In this document: positions 25,180 to 38,450 of the stretch, one piece after another | Layout: each line of letters starts with the position of its first letter | How positions within the stretch are numbered: position 1 is the stretch's first letter | From: Octopus vulgaris | Lineage: Eukaryota | Assembly (NCBI GenBank): GCA_951406725.2 | Contig: OX597814.1 | Coordinates: 126,108,001 to 126,172,000 of the forward strand | Length of the DNA stretch: 64,000 nucleotides | Direction: 5' to 3' | Notes under the pieces: model-generated | The model's input: the letters and a program-made list of their open reading frames with translations, nothing else | What the model was told of the DNA's origin: nothing | The model's database searches: none | Translations under genes and position numbers: made by a program

Positions 25180-27480
25180 TCAAATGTTTCTAAGCCTTTC
25201 AAATGGGTTGTAGCAGCTATTTAATGGTGAAGACTTGTTATGTTATACTGATACTGCCTGAAATTTACACCTTAAAGGTACATCACTGGAATACTCAACA
25301 ACTTCCACTTTAATTCAAAGAGTAGATAGTTCAGTTACTTAAACAACTGAGCATTCATTAGTGAAACTAACAGATGTCCATTTCATATATAGATATTAAA
25401 ACAATGATGACGAGACACACAAATATACATGTCTGTGTATATGTGTATATACATATTTATGTGTGTGTATCAATATATATTTTTTTATCAGTGAACGAGA
25501 GGGAAATAACAGAGCACATGATATATACAGATTCTCTCTAACTGCTGATATTGATTTAATTGGGATTCAATTTAAACATCAATAGTTTGTCTTCAGGAGA
25601 ATCATGGTCAAGGATTGATTTCTAGAAGATACACATTATAGGAAGAAAAGATTGAAGGTGTTTTTTTTTTATCTGTACTATTAGTATAAAGTATTCTATG
25701 ATACAGAATCAAACAATGGATAAACAAAATTCTGATTTATTTCCAAGAAGTGGCTTAAGATATCTGTGGTTGTGCCATCTTTAAATGATTTTGACGCATC
25801 TCTGTTAATTCTGAGTCTAATTCCAACAGCAGTAGATTCTATTGGTGTTATGTTCTTAAAATTACACTTAGATGTACACTTAAAGAAGTAAGATATATGA
25901 GACAAGTAATAATCTCTAGCTCCATGTATGGATAAAGTATTATCCAACTAGAAACATGATTTATCTATAGTTACTCCTCTCCCTTTCATGCATTGATCAA
26001 AAATCTCAATGAAATTACATAAAAGAGTTATTTCTTTAAAATAGGAGTTTCACTTTATTACAGATAATTTTGTAGCTTTTATTATTACATCAGCATTATT
26101 GGTAGCAAATGATAAAATATTAAAGAATCTGGCACCAACATTCTGGAAACACCTCTAACTAGTATTGCTTGATGCTAGTCATAAATTAACCTTTCTTTGA
26201 CAGTTTCTTAACCAATATTCTGATTCAATTTCTTAGTTCTTCATACCTTTTGATGAAGACCATTCTGTGTCTTGTTGCTTATGTGCTCGAATGTGCACAA
26301 ACAGACACACACACACACTTGTGTATGCATGCATAAATACATGTCTAATACACCACATACACAGATGTAGAAAACTTATATACTCACATATACACATTCC
26401 TGCATTTACACACACATGCATTTGTACTTGCACAAATATACTTATATTCACACATGCTCAAACATACACAGTTACACTTGCATACACACATATATACTTA
26501 TGCAAATAAGTGCATAAACTCAAAGAGATACATGCTAGGTTTTCAGATTTACAATAAATATATTTTTGATATATATTAAACATGAATGACATAATTTGAT
26601 TGAACAATATTTGAAACCTACTTTCTTATATACATACATATGTGTGTATGTATATATGTGTGTATATATACATAATACTTATGTATATATGTGCATATAT
26701 ACATATGTGTGTATAAAATATATATATATATATATATACACATACATACATACATAGTGGTTTTTCACTCACGATCAAGTATGACCTCTTTTGCACTCTC
26801 TTCCTCTTTCGTCTTAAGATGTAGTGCCTTTCTATTATGGATTCCTATGATTACAGAGATCTACACAAACAGTATAACAAGTCTAAGACTCCAATTTCCA
26901 GGCAGCAATAGCACTTCATCGAAAAATGCAGCTGCATGGACAACTTAAGAATCTTAACTGCTCCTACATATGCTGCATCTTCTGTGTGTTCTCCCAAGTG
27001 AAGAACCCATCAACATGGTGGTATTTCATTGCTGCAGACATGCATGGTACACCAATTGCTGCAACAATACTACATATGATTCTAAGAAGTTCAATTCATG
27101 ACTTTCACAGGAAAGAGAAAAAGGAAATGTGACACAAAAACAAGAACCCCCACTGTGAGTTTCCAACAGCTCCCCATTCAGCTGGCATGTCTACAAGTTG
27201 TTTGATTAATCACAAGATGAACCATTACATTTCTAGAGTGAAAATTTGATGCCTCTGTTGAATGGGCATATTTATATTTATTCCAGGTCAGACTGATGCT
27301 TTTGTGAATTCTAATCAAGCAATAAAATCACTCACAATTATGCAATAAAATGTAAACTAGCAAAAATGTTTCATGCTGGCAGTCAGCCACTTCTATTCTC
27401 ATACTGTGTCCTTTTCTCTTTCTCTTAACTTTGTCAGTTTGTGGCATATCACATAGAACTACATTGAAGTAATGTATATA

Positions 27481-27525
<45 letters not shown>

Positions 27526-27587
27526 CTAGTAGAATAATAAAAAAAAGGTTCTTGATACAGTATAATATGTGTGTGTGTGTTGGTCTG

Positions 27588-27631
<44 letters not shown>

Positions 27632-27706
27632 TTGGGTCATATATATACAAATGTATGTATGCACAACATATGCATATATGTGGTGTGAGTGCATGTGTAT
27701 TTTATA

Positions 27707-28320
27707 TTTTAGTCTAAAATAAATTGAAAATTATTATTAGAACTTACTTCACTTGAAACCCTAGGTGTTAAATAAATTTCTATTGTAATATCATTTTCTC
27801 ATCAGATAGACATAGGCCATAGAAAATCAATTTTTCAGTCAAAATATCATTGACAGACAATTCCTTGATCTTTTCCTCTCTCTATATACGTATTTCCTTT
27901 TCCTCCATTTTTTCTTTTATTCATTTTGTCATATTTAGCAATCCATTAATTAATTTTTTATTTAAATTCAAATATTTTATTATCCATTTATTTTATAGTT
28001 TTCTATAAAATGGAAAAAAATCTTGGGTTAGCTTTCTAACAATATATATTCTATTGATTCTTTCCTGTTTCAAAAGCCATACTGCAAAGCTAACTCTACC
28101 AACAATATTTCAAACAACCAGAATTGTAGTCTTCTAAATTTTATTACTATTGATGCTACTATGCTTATTGTTAGCAAACTCAACCAAACAGTAATAAAAT
28201 CAGTAGAAATTACACTACAACTATAATAAATACTAGCCAAGATAATTTTCTCTAGTTTTCAGTGATATTCTCTCGCAATGGCCGACTTTAAATGATCCAC
28301 TTGTGTTTATTGATTAAATG
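27707..28320. repeat. Dispersed duplication, copy 1 (614 bp)
   Basis: About 99% identical to 37833-38450. Confidence 0.97.
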
Positions 28321-28873
28321 TTCAATGGCAATAATATTTCTTCAGTGTGTCCAACTCAAGCATGCAACACACATACATGCACAGACATACATTCATAAAT
28401 ATATAGATATATTTATATGGATATTATAGATATATATATCATTTTTAGATCCATTTTCCTTTCCTTCTATGAGTTTGACAAAACTTGTTGAAGCAGATTT
28501 TCTCCAAGCAGATGCTTAACCACTCACCATCCACTGTTTTTACTTGGTGGAACTATAACAATTTTGCTTCTCAGAGAATGGAAATAAAGACAGTATTTTA
28601 CTGAGGAAGTGTATGTAAGAACACATGGAAACAACATTCACACACATGCCTACATATGTATATACATACATACATTCATATATTAATACACAGACAACAA
28701 ACTTCTCAGTTTTCTTCTACTAAATTCATTCACTGAATATTGGTCTCGATGCATGATACCTTAGGAAAGTGTCTTCTGATATAGCCTCCAGTTGACCAAA
28801 CACAGACCCACGTAATTGTGATGTGAACATTGTAATAACATAGCTATACTTGTATCTTAACCTATTTATTTAC

Positions 28874-28907
<34 letters not shown>

Positions 28908-28909
<2 letters not shown>

Positions 28910-29069
28910 CGCAAGAGTGGCTGTGTGGTAAGTAGCTTGCTCACCGACCACATGGTTCTGGGTTCAGTCCCACTGCGTGGCATCTTGGGTAAGTGTCTTC
29001 TGCTATAGCCTCGGGCCGACCAAAGCCTTGTGAGTAGATTTGGTAGAAGGAAACTGAAAGAAGCCTGTC

Positions 29070-29107
<38 letters not shown>

Positions 29108-29326
29108 GTGTGTGTGTGTATATGTTTGTGTGTCTGTGTTCGTCCCTCTAGCATTGCTTGACAACCGATGCTGGTGTGTTTACGTCTCCGTCACTTAGCG
29201 CTTCGGCAAAAAGAGACCGATAAAATAAGTACTGGGCTTACAAAGAATAAGTCCGGGGGTCGATTTGCTCGACTACAGGCGGTGCTCCAGCATGGCCGCA
29301 GTCAAATGACTGAAACAAGTAACAGA

Positions 29327-29328
<2 letters not shown>
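28908..29328 (+). mobile_element. Full-length tRNA-derived SINE family B with internal (TA)n(TG)n
   Basis: A-box TGGCTGTGTGG, B-box GGTTCAGTCCC, tail CAGTCAAATGACTGAAACAAGTAA. Flanked by (TA)n on both sides. Decayed relatives near 28700, 34300, 43555, 43915, 50410 and 51172. Confidence 0.92.
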
Positions 29329-29370
<42 letters not shown>

Positions 29371-29386
29371 ATGTATAGCTATCATT

Positions 29387-29425
<39 letters not shown>

Positions 29426-31009
29426 GTAATCATCATAATCATCATTTAATGTTCATGCTGGTATGAACTCAATGGTTTGATAGGCTCCAATGGGTCAAAG
29501 GGCTGCACTGTGCTTCAATGATTGATTTTGAAGTGTTTACAGCTGGGTGCTCTTCCTAACACCACCACTTCACAAAATATACTGGGTGCTGTTTTGTGCC
29601 GCTAGCATTATTGAGGTTGCCATGCAGGTCACAAGACTGTAAACTGCAAAAGAGATGGGTGGTGGTTTTATGCTATGAGAAGAGGGGTTTACAATATGAA
29701 AGAAGTGGGTAGCAAAACAGGTTCTTGTAGAAGGCTTGCATGGTTATTCATATTAAGTTGGGGAAGGAGAGAATGATCAGTAGGAGCTGTTAAGAGAGAC
29801 AGGGGATGAGGTGTCCAGGTGACTCCACAAGGCAGGAAGTATATAAAAGTGGGTGGGTAGGGCTGTTGCAAGATTGTAAGTGGTGCAGATGATGAGGGGA
29901 TGAGGAGGCAGCCTGCAACTGTAAAAGAAGTTGAGTAATGACAGAGGAGTCATGGATTGGGAAGAATAGGGATGCAGAAGAGAGAAGATGGAGGGAAGAA
30001 TGGGAGGGTAGTAATTATACAGTTGGCAGTGGGAGAAGGTCAAGGGAGAGAGATTACAAGGAGCAGGGAAAGGGAGAGAGAAGCATAGTGCATAATGAAA
30101 TATAGTTTGATACATTGGAGTGGGGTGAGTCAATGTAACATGTGGGTGAAGAGGATACAGCACACAGTGCTTCCAGAACACAGTTTTTGCTGAGGCAGGC
30201 AGGTCTTCTCAAGAACCTCATATTGCTATATATACTGGTCTATTGTCATCTCCACTGTGAGGCTCAACATCTTGAACTCATTTCTCATTACTTCATCCTA
30301 CATCTTCCTAGGTCTCCCAGTTCTGCAGATTCCATCCATTTTAAGTGATTGACATATGACATATTATACATAATATGAGTATATATGTGTGTGAAGTTGT
30401 TAGTTGCTTCAGTGTTTTTCATCTTTTCATACAGAATCACTATAACGAATTCTTAAACTTATATATGAAATATAATAGGAAGATATAAAAATGATATATA
30501 AATTCAAACACTGTTTTTATTTTGTATGAAATATGAGCCTGGGTCCATGACATCATGAACGATAAAAGCAAAAAAAAAAACTAAATTAATCAAAACAAAT
30601 TAAAATAAAGTAACAAAAATAATAAAAGCCATAATGAAAAGTAATACAAAGATTGTTTTAAAAGTACTGGTATTGAAAAGCACTGTCTGTGATAATTAAC
30701 AATGTCTTAGCAACACCAAATGATGCAGTCTAGTACTGGTATAAATTGGGAATTGATGTCTCTGGTGTGATGACAGAGCATATGAGAATGGGCGTATGTA
30801 TTTGTCTATGAGTCTATGTGTGTATTTATTGATTGTCTTTGCTTATTGCTCCCTGCTCTCTTTTTCTGTTTATCTCTCTTTTTGACACACACATACACCC
30901 TCATTCTACTTATTCTTTGTCAGTAATCATGAGTGCTAAGATTGACTTGTTTTTAATTGTGGATATGGAGCCAATTGTCCTCTAACACACATATATGCAT
31001 GTTGTTACA

Positions 31010-31650
31010 TTATCATCATCATCATCATTTAACATCTGCTCTCCATGCTGGCATGGGTTAGACAGTTTGACTGGAGCTGATGAGCTGGAAAACTACACCA
31101 GGTTCCAGTTTGATTTGATATGATTTCTACAGCTGGATGCCCTTCCTAATGCCAACCACTCCAGAAGTGTAATAGATGCTTTTACATGCCACTGACACAG
31201 GTGCCATTTACATGACACTGGCAACAACTTCGACTACGATTCATGGGTGAATGTTATTTACATGGCACCGACAACAACCAGAACTATGATGCACAAATGC
31301 CATTCACATGACACTGGCAGCAACTTCGACTCACAGGTGCTGTGAATGATCACAACTACAATGCATGGGTACCATTTACATGGCACCAGCAGTGACTCAA
31401 TTCATGGATGCTGTGCCATTTACATGGCACTGCCAATGACCACAATTCCCAGGTGCCAACCTTCATGGCACCATCAATGACCACAACTATGATGCAGAGG
31501 TGTCATTTACATGGCACTGATAATGATCAACTACGATTCATGGGTGCCATTTATGTAGCATCTGCAACGACCATGACTACGATGCACTGGTGCCATTTAC
31601 ATGACACAGGCACAGCCACAGCTACAATTTCCCTTGGCCTGACAAGTATG
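31010..31650 (-). mobile_element. Family E element containing a minisatellite expansion
   Basis: (CAT)n then TTTAACATC...CAGCTGGATGCCCTTCCTAATGCCAACCACTCC, the reverse complement of the 901-1096 family. Confidence 0.85.
31199..31630. repeat. ~45-bp minisatellite, about 10 units, palindromic core GGTGCCAT-TTAC-ATGGCACC
   Basis: Units read directly. The consensus core is an 8-bp inverted repeat with a 4-nt loop. Confidence 0.9.
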
Positions 31651-31785
31651 TACCTGAATTGCATACTCACTAACAAACATAATTATCATAAGATACAATG
31701 AACTAATATAGAGAAAGACAGTGTAGATGAAGTACCAAAACAGATTCAAGGAGAGTGAATGTGTTAGGTAGAAAGTAAGTGAAAG

Positions 31786-32016
31786 GGCGGCGAAGTGGCA
31801 GAAACATTAGCACGCCAGGCGAAATGTGTAGCTGCATTTCGTCTGCCGTTACGTTCTGAGTTCAAATTCCGCCAAGGTCGACTTTGCCTTTCATCATTTT
31901 GGGGTCGATAAATTAAGTACCAGTTGCACACTGGGGTCAATGTAATTGACTTAATCCGTTTGTCTGTCTTTGTTTGTCCCCTCTATGTTTAGCCCCTTGT
32001 GGGCAATAAAGAAATA
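31786..32016 (+). mobile_element. Young full-length SINE family A
   Basis: 16-bp TSD AGAAAGTAAGTGAAAG at 31770-31785 and 32017-32032. Pol III boxes present. Confidence 0.94.
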
Positions 32017-33099
32017 AGAAAGTAAGTGAAAGAGTAATACAGGCATTGACAGTGATTGTAGACATACACAAAAATAAGACTTTCTACTAATAAAACTTTT
32101 GATACAGTGAAAATGAAAAACATTTTTCATTGAAAATTTACCTGGATTCTTGGGTACTTAATCTGAAACTTGCTGATAAATCCCCTCGAAATGCAACAGT
32201 ATTGGTCCTGTAAGAGTTACTTATTAAATAATTTACTCACTACCTGTTGCAGTGAGTATTCTATTTTAATTGTGGCATATACTGTTTCTGATGAAATACC
32301 TAATTACATTATTATAATAAAAACAATGGATAAGTTGTACTTGTTACTACTACTGTTGCTAAGATAGAGAGAACTTAGTACAGGTTCAATTTAGAATAGA
32401 TATATGTGTGTGTAAATACACACACACACACACACACACGTGCGTATATACACATATGCCTTCAGTTATCTCTCCTGTGGCTCTGACTACATCTTAGGTC
32501 TGCAATACCTCATCTTTGTGTATGCTATCAATATCAACACCCTCACATAGCTGCCATCAATACCCCCACCACATCATCCCAGTCATTATAGTCACCCTTA
32601 TGTACTTCTACTTCCATTTCTCACATTAAACATCTCCTTCACTTCACAAGCTGCTCTTGCACTGTGCATATCATCTACTCTCTGATGTACTCTCAGGTTA
32701 CTGATTTTTACTCCCTCTTTTTTGAACTACTCATGTTTCACTCACCCCTGCCTTTATACTGATCACTTGTGTTCAGCCTCACCACTCAGACCCTTGGGCA
32801 TGTGTCTCCTACAATAGCCCCAAGCTAATCAAAATTTTGTGAATGAATTTGGTTGGTGAAAACTGAAAGACCATCATATGTGGTGTGTGTGTGTCTGTGT
32901 CTGTGTATGCATGTATATATGTGTTTGTGTGAGTTTGTGTCATGCTGGTCTTTTCATTGCTTGATGTTTATACACAAGTATCACCATCATGCAAATAGTG
33001 TCATTCATTTCCAAACTTCTGTAAAAACATGTATCATATATTGGGTACTAAATTTTAATGGAGTTCACATTCATTGAGCCAAATTCAATGAGAATATTA

Positions 33100-33960
33100 C
33101 AGGACATTCAGGCTAAATTTGAAAGCTTACATAAAAGGAAATGGAAACAACACCTCTTTTTAAAATAAAAGTAGTTTAAAAAATAAAAAAAATATTAACT
33201 AGATTATTGCTGGGAGATATTAGTCTACTCAAAGTATCCACCTTTAGCTTCCACTACAGTTTCAAGATGGCTCTAGAACCTATCGTATGTGTTCCTCACT
33301 GTGTCTCTGGGAAGATCTTAGAACATGTCCCTGATCTTGGCCATCAGCTTAACCTTGCTGTTGCAGTCTTTCTCTACAGCTTCCCATGCATAATAATCTA
33401 TAGAATTACAATTGGGAGAATTAGGAGGCCAAAAATTGGGGCTGGTGAAGTCATAGAAATTCTCTGACAATACTTCTGACACTTTCCAGAAGTATAGTTA
33501 GGAACTAAACCTTGCTGCTATGGCCTTCAAGTCACAACCCTCTCTAGCCAGAGACTGTCCACAGTCTCCAGCTTCACATAACTGTCTGAATTGAGCCTAG
33601 GGTTTTGTTCATCAGTTGCCAATGTGTGGATGCAGTCAGAATACCTGCTGTGCCTCTTCCTGCTGGCCATAGCTTTGTAACCTCCATTGCAGCTGTTCTT
33701 GTCACATCTTTATTTTGTTCACAGAGCATTGAGCAGTAGTCATGATGTTCTCATTTTGACACCCAGTGCAAATGGTCATGATACAGGTAACTGTTTATCA
33801 ATATTCAGCTGGCTTCCAGTCCACCTTGTCAGCTAACTTTTTCTCTACTACAACTTCAATTTTTATGTTCTCAAATGCTGTTGACTGCTCACCAATACCT
33901 CAAGCTGTTCCTGATGAAAGGAGACTTAAAAATTGTCAAATTTATCCTGTGATCACACAG
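33100..33960 (-). mobile_element. Internally deleted maT/DD37D-like transposon
   Basis: Degenerate TIRs sharing CAGG(C/A)TAAATTTGA, with TA flanks. Minus strand encodes ENFYDFTSPNFWPPNSPNCNSIDYYAWEAVEK...LETVVEAKGGYFE*. Confidence 0.85.
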
Positions 33961-34739
33961 TACAGTATATGTGTATGAATATATTTACGTACACCTAAAT
34001 ATATATTAGTACACACGCATTCATCATCATGGTTTTAATATCTATTTTTCCATACCTGCATAGGTTAAACAAGAGTACATTAAGGTAGTGCTTTTTTACA
34101 GCTGGATGACCGACCTTCTTCTCACCTTATTTCCGTGTATCTATCTCACTTATTTCCATGTAAAGTAATAACCTCCTAGTCACTTTAATCAAACCACAAA
34201 CAGCCCAGACATGATTTTATGGTGAAATGCAAGCAAATGGCACCATTAGACCATTGTTTACTCCCCAGCAAATGTAAAGAAGATACAAGCTCACTTACAT
34301 GAGGGACTTCTTTCAGTTTCTGTTTAGAAATCTATTTTCAATGCTTTGGTTGGCTTCAGGGCTCCAATAGAAGACTCCTACCCAAGGTGTCATGAAATAG
34401 GATTGAACCCAAAATCATATGGTTGGAAAGCAAGCTTCTCAGTCACACAGCCATGCCTGCATGTATATATTTATAACCTTTTACAAGAGAAAAGTTGACA
34501 GTTACTTTAATGTTTCTACTTGCTTGCCTTCAATAGTCTGTCTGGTGCATGCAAGCAAGCAAGCAAACCAAAGCTTCGAAGTCATTGTCAACCTCTTTCT
34601 AGAACAAGTTAATATGTACTTTCGCAAAAATTGAATAATCCTTCAACTTGACATGAAAACAGTGTGTGTTTGTGAGTGTATGATGCATGTATGTATGCAT
34701 TTATGCACACATACCACACATATGCATACATATATAGAC

Positions 34740-34793
<54 letters not shown>

Positions 34794-36164
34794 TTATATA
34801 CATTGAAACATTGATTTTATGAAGAAATAGGGAGGTGTGTCCATTAAATCGAAATTAACCTAAGGACTATTTTTTTTATTGCTTTCAATGTAAAAAAAAA
34901 AAAGAAAGCTTTAATACAATATACACTACTGTTCAATATAAAATTATGAAATTATAGTAAAGAATATGTGATTTTTTTATACTTAGCTTTTTGACATTGT
35001 AGCTGAAGTGTATTTTGCTGTTATTATAGTGGCAGTACAGTAGTCTTTGTACAGTGTCTGAATGAGGAAGTGAAGGGAGAAATCTTCAGTTGCAAAGTCT
35101 TCTGAAATATGTGCAAATGCCTGTATATGGTTGTATTATGCAGGCTGTTAGAGATGAAAATAGAAGTGGGTGTTAAAGAAGTTAGTTTAAAGAAAGAGTC
35201 CAGCTTTAATTATTTCCTACAATGATGTTATTTTTTAATTATTCTGTACTTTCAAAAATGTTCATAATAAGGGACAATCTCAGCTTTTATAGTTGATGAT
35301 GATGCCCATAAGATTTCTTATTTCAGACTATGTTGGCCATTTTGGTATGACTGTCTCATCCTCAGTGTCTGCTTTTTCCCCTGCCTGATTATATAGAGCC
35401 TCATCCATATTTTTTCTATCAACAAGAACTTAATAACCAGGATAATGTTCATCAATTTCAAGCCATTCTTGAACAGCCACTTGTTTCCTAGTTGCCAGCA
35501 TTTACAAAGACATGATCTTTTGTCTTTTACCTCACATCCTCCAAAATCCAAAACAGATTCAATGCTGTGAAGTAGCTTCTTCCATACTGCATAGTTAAAA
35601 GGTACAGTCTTAACATTGAAGGTGCATAGATTCTGGAGTATTCTATTCACCAACCTTGAATTTTATGCATTTTCTTCTATGCTACTCAGTGGTGAGGCTC
35701 AAGGGACTAGTAACAATGGGTTTCATGAGTGCAGTGAGGAGGTGGGAGGTTTGAAGGAAAGATAGATTGAAAGGGAGATGTGCTTTACATTATGAAGCTT
35801 AACCAGCCTCAACTATCTACACTCATGAGCCCATTTTAAATCACTGGCAAAGGGAGTTCTCAATCACCTTACACACATGCACATATGCACACAACCACCA
35901 CCATCACCATCATCTTTTAATGTCCATCTTTCATTGGTATGAGTTGAATGTTTGGTAGCGTTTAACAGGAGGACTGCATTGGCATGCTTTTTACAGCTGG
36001 ATACCTTTACTAATGACATCCACTTAACACTGTGTACCAGTTTTTCTCTTTTTGGTGGTGGGGGTTGTGGCACCAGCACTAGTGATATGTAACCTTGCTT
36101 ACACAGAGTAGGTTTTACAGCCACATCATCCAAACTGACCAGGTGAAATTGGGCTTAGCTGCTA

Positions 36165-36214
<50 letters not shown>

Positions 36215-36220
<6 letters not shown>

Positions 36221-36436
36221 ACTTTATATAATTAGGGTTCAGCAAAAAATTTACTTTACCACACACCAAACTTTTAGAAATAGCAGCCAAAGAATTTAGC
36301 TATTTCCTCTACTATAAGAAGAGTTTCCTAGCTTATAGTAGAGGAAATAGCTAAATTCTTTGGCTGCTATTTCTAAAAGTTCGGTGTGTGGTAAAGTAAA
36401 TTTTTTTGCTGAACCCTAATTATATAAAGTAATGTT
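36215..36436. repeat. Near-perfect long inverted repeat (104/105-bp arms, 13-nt spacer)
   Basis: 36215-36318 pairs with 36332-36436, with one mismatch and one homopolymer indel. Confidence 0.97.
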
Positions 36437-36545
36437 AAATATACCGTAAATAGTCTTTTTACATACTGAACACTGCTTGGTAAAATTATTAATTACTAAT
36501 TAATTAATTTTACCCTTATTATTATTGACTATATATATATATATA

Positions 36546-36602
36546 TCATCATCATCATCATCATCATTTAACGTCCGTTTTCCACGCTAGCACGGGTTGG
36601 AC

Positions 36603-36604
<2 letters not shown>
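36546..36604 (-). mobile_element. Very short 5'-truncated family E copy within (TA)n
   Basis: (CAT)n TTAACGTCCGTTTTCCACGCTAGCACGGGTTGGACGG is the reverse complement of the tail near 1045-1096. CpGs intact. Confidence 0.85.
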
Positions 36605-36643
<39 letters not shown>

Positions 36644-36874
36644 GTGTGTATGTATATTATATAGATAGACAGACAGACATGTGTGTATAAATAGCTCATA
36701 CAAGAGAAGTGTGGTGAGTGTTCTCTTATATGCTCTATTTATATACATTCTCTCCACATTGTATCTCTTAGATCTTCAGAACAACACAAAGGTTTATCTT
36801 AATCTCAACCATGGTCATTCTTGTTCACCATGCATTTAGTGGAGAGTTTGATGTGAAATCTGTTTGATATACAT

Positions 36875-36876
<2 letters not shown>

Positions 36877-36932
<56 letters not shown>
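36877..36932. repeat. (GT)n microsatellite
   Basis: Read directly from the sequence. Confidence 0.97.
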
Positions 36933-36933
<1 letters not shown>

Positions 36934-37633
36934 GCTTTATCTTGTGAGGCTATAGCCATTCCTTATGAGACATCTATATGTTAGTGGCTTTCAGTGAAAT
37001 ACACCTGTCTGACATACATCACTTTCTAATTTCACATTGATTAATATCCAGTGACAAGCAAAAACAAGATGACCAGAAGGCCAGAAATTATTTCGAGCAA
37101 AAATTATATATGTCAGAGGGCCTTCTTCTAAATATTCCCAGTAGGATACCACATCAGATGGGATTTGATTTTGGATTTTCTCTTCACCCAATGATTTTAG
37201 TAGAGCCTTGGGTATTTCTATGCACCCATGCAATATATATATGTATGTATGGATACACACACACATACACACTGATAAATACAGATATACAGTAATATAT
37301 ATATATATATATATATATTCACATTTTCTTATCAGAGTTTTTATGTAGATAAGCCAAGACTAAAGAACAACTGTCTGTCCGTAAAGTTATATGTAGATTA
37401 TCTATGAAGATATATGTATGTATGTATAATGTGTACATCTACATACACTCATATTTTTTATATCATCAAGCAATATATTGCTACTTGCATAACTAACTGA
37501 CAGTACACACACATGCATGCACGCATATATACACACACATGTATGCGCATATATAGATATAGATATGTGTGTATGTCTCCATATATGTGTGTGTGTATGT
37601 ATGTACATATAGATATGTATATACATACATACA

Positions 37634-37704
<71 letters not shown>

Positions 37705-37832
37705 AAAAGTACATATATATATACTTATACACACACACACTTGTGTGAGTGTATGGCAAGGATAATGAAAATACAATCAAAACTATTATTTTTCTGACTT
37801 AGATAGCTTCTATTCATGTACCATCTATTGTG

Positions 37833-38450
37833 TTTTAGTCTAAAATAAATTGAAAATTATTATCAGAACCTATTTCACTTGAAACCCTAGGTGTTAAATA
37901 AATTTCTATTGTAATATCATTTTCTCAGCAGATAGACATAGGCCATAGAAAATCAATTTTTCAGTCAAAATATCATTGACAGACAATTCCTTGATCTTTT
38001 CCTCTCTCTATATATATGTATTTCCTTTTCCTCCATTTTTTTTCTTTTATTCATTTTGTCATATTTAGCAATCCATTAATTAATTTTTTATTTAAATTCA
38101 AATATTTTATTATCCATTTATTTTATAGTTTTCTATAAAATGGAAAAAAATCTTGGGTTAGCTTTCTAACAATATATATTCTATTGATTCTTTCCTGTTT
38201 CAAAAGCCATACTGCAAAGCTAACTCTACCAACAATATTTCAAACAACCAGAATTGTAGTCTTCTAAATTTTATTACTATTGATGCTACTATGCTTATTG
38301 TTAGCAAACTCAACCAAACAGTAATAAAATCAGTAGAAATTACACTACAACTATAATAAATACTAGCCAAGATAATTTTCTCTAGTTTTCAGTGATATTC
38401 TCTCGCAATGGCCAACTTTAAATGATCCACTTGTGTTTATTGATTAAATG
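37833..38450. repeat. Dispersed duplication, copy 2 (618 bp)
   Basis: About 99% identical to 27707-28320. Confidence 0.97.

Noticed and set aside
25696-25947. 83-aa minus-strand ORF with ordinary composition
   Set aside because: Non-ATG start, no recognisable motif and no clear exon boundaries.
28070-28260. Minus-strand hydrophobic open frame (ITVWLSLLTISIVASIVIKFRR) in the duplicated block
   Set aside because: No ATG or convincing splice sites, and hydrophobic runs are expected from T-rich DNA.
31075-31105. CTGATGA...GAAA hammerhead core
   Set aside because: There is no room for stem II and no stem III.
31199-31630. CRISPR array
   Set aside because: Repeats are degenerate, spacers are homologous to one another, there are no cas genes, and the array sits inside a eukaryotic SINE.
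35318-35653. 111-aa minus-strand ORF
   Set aside because: Non-ATG start; at most a faint LINE-like remnant (RLYIIRQ), not assignable.
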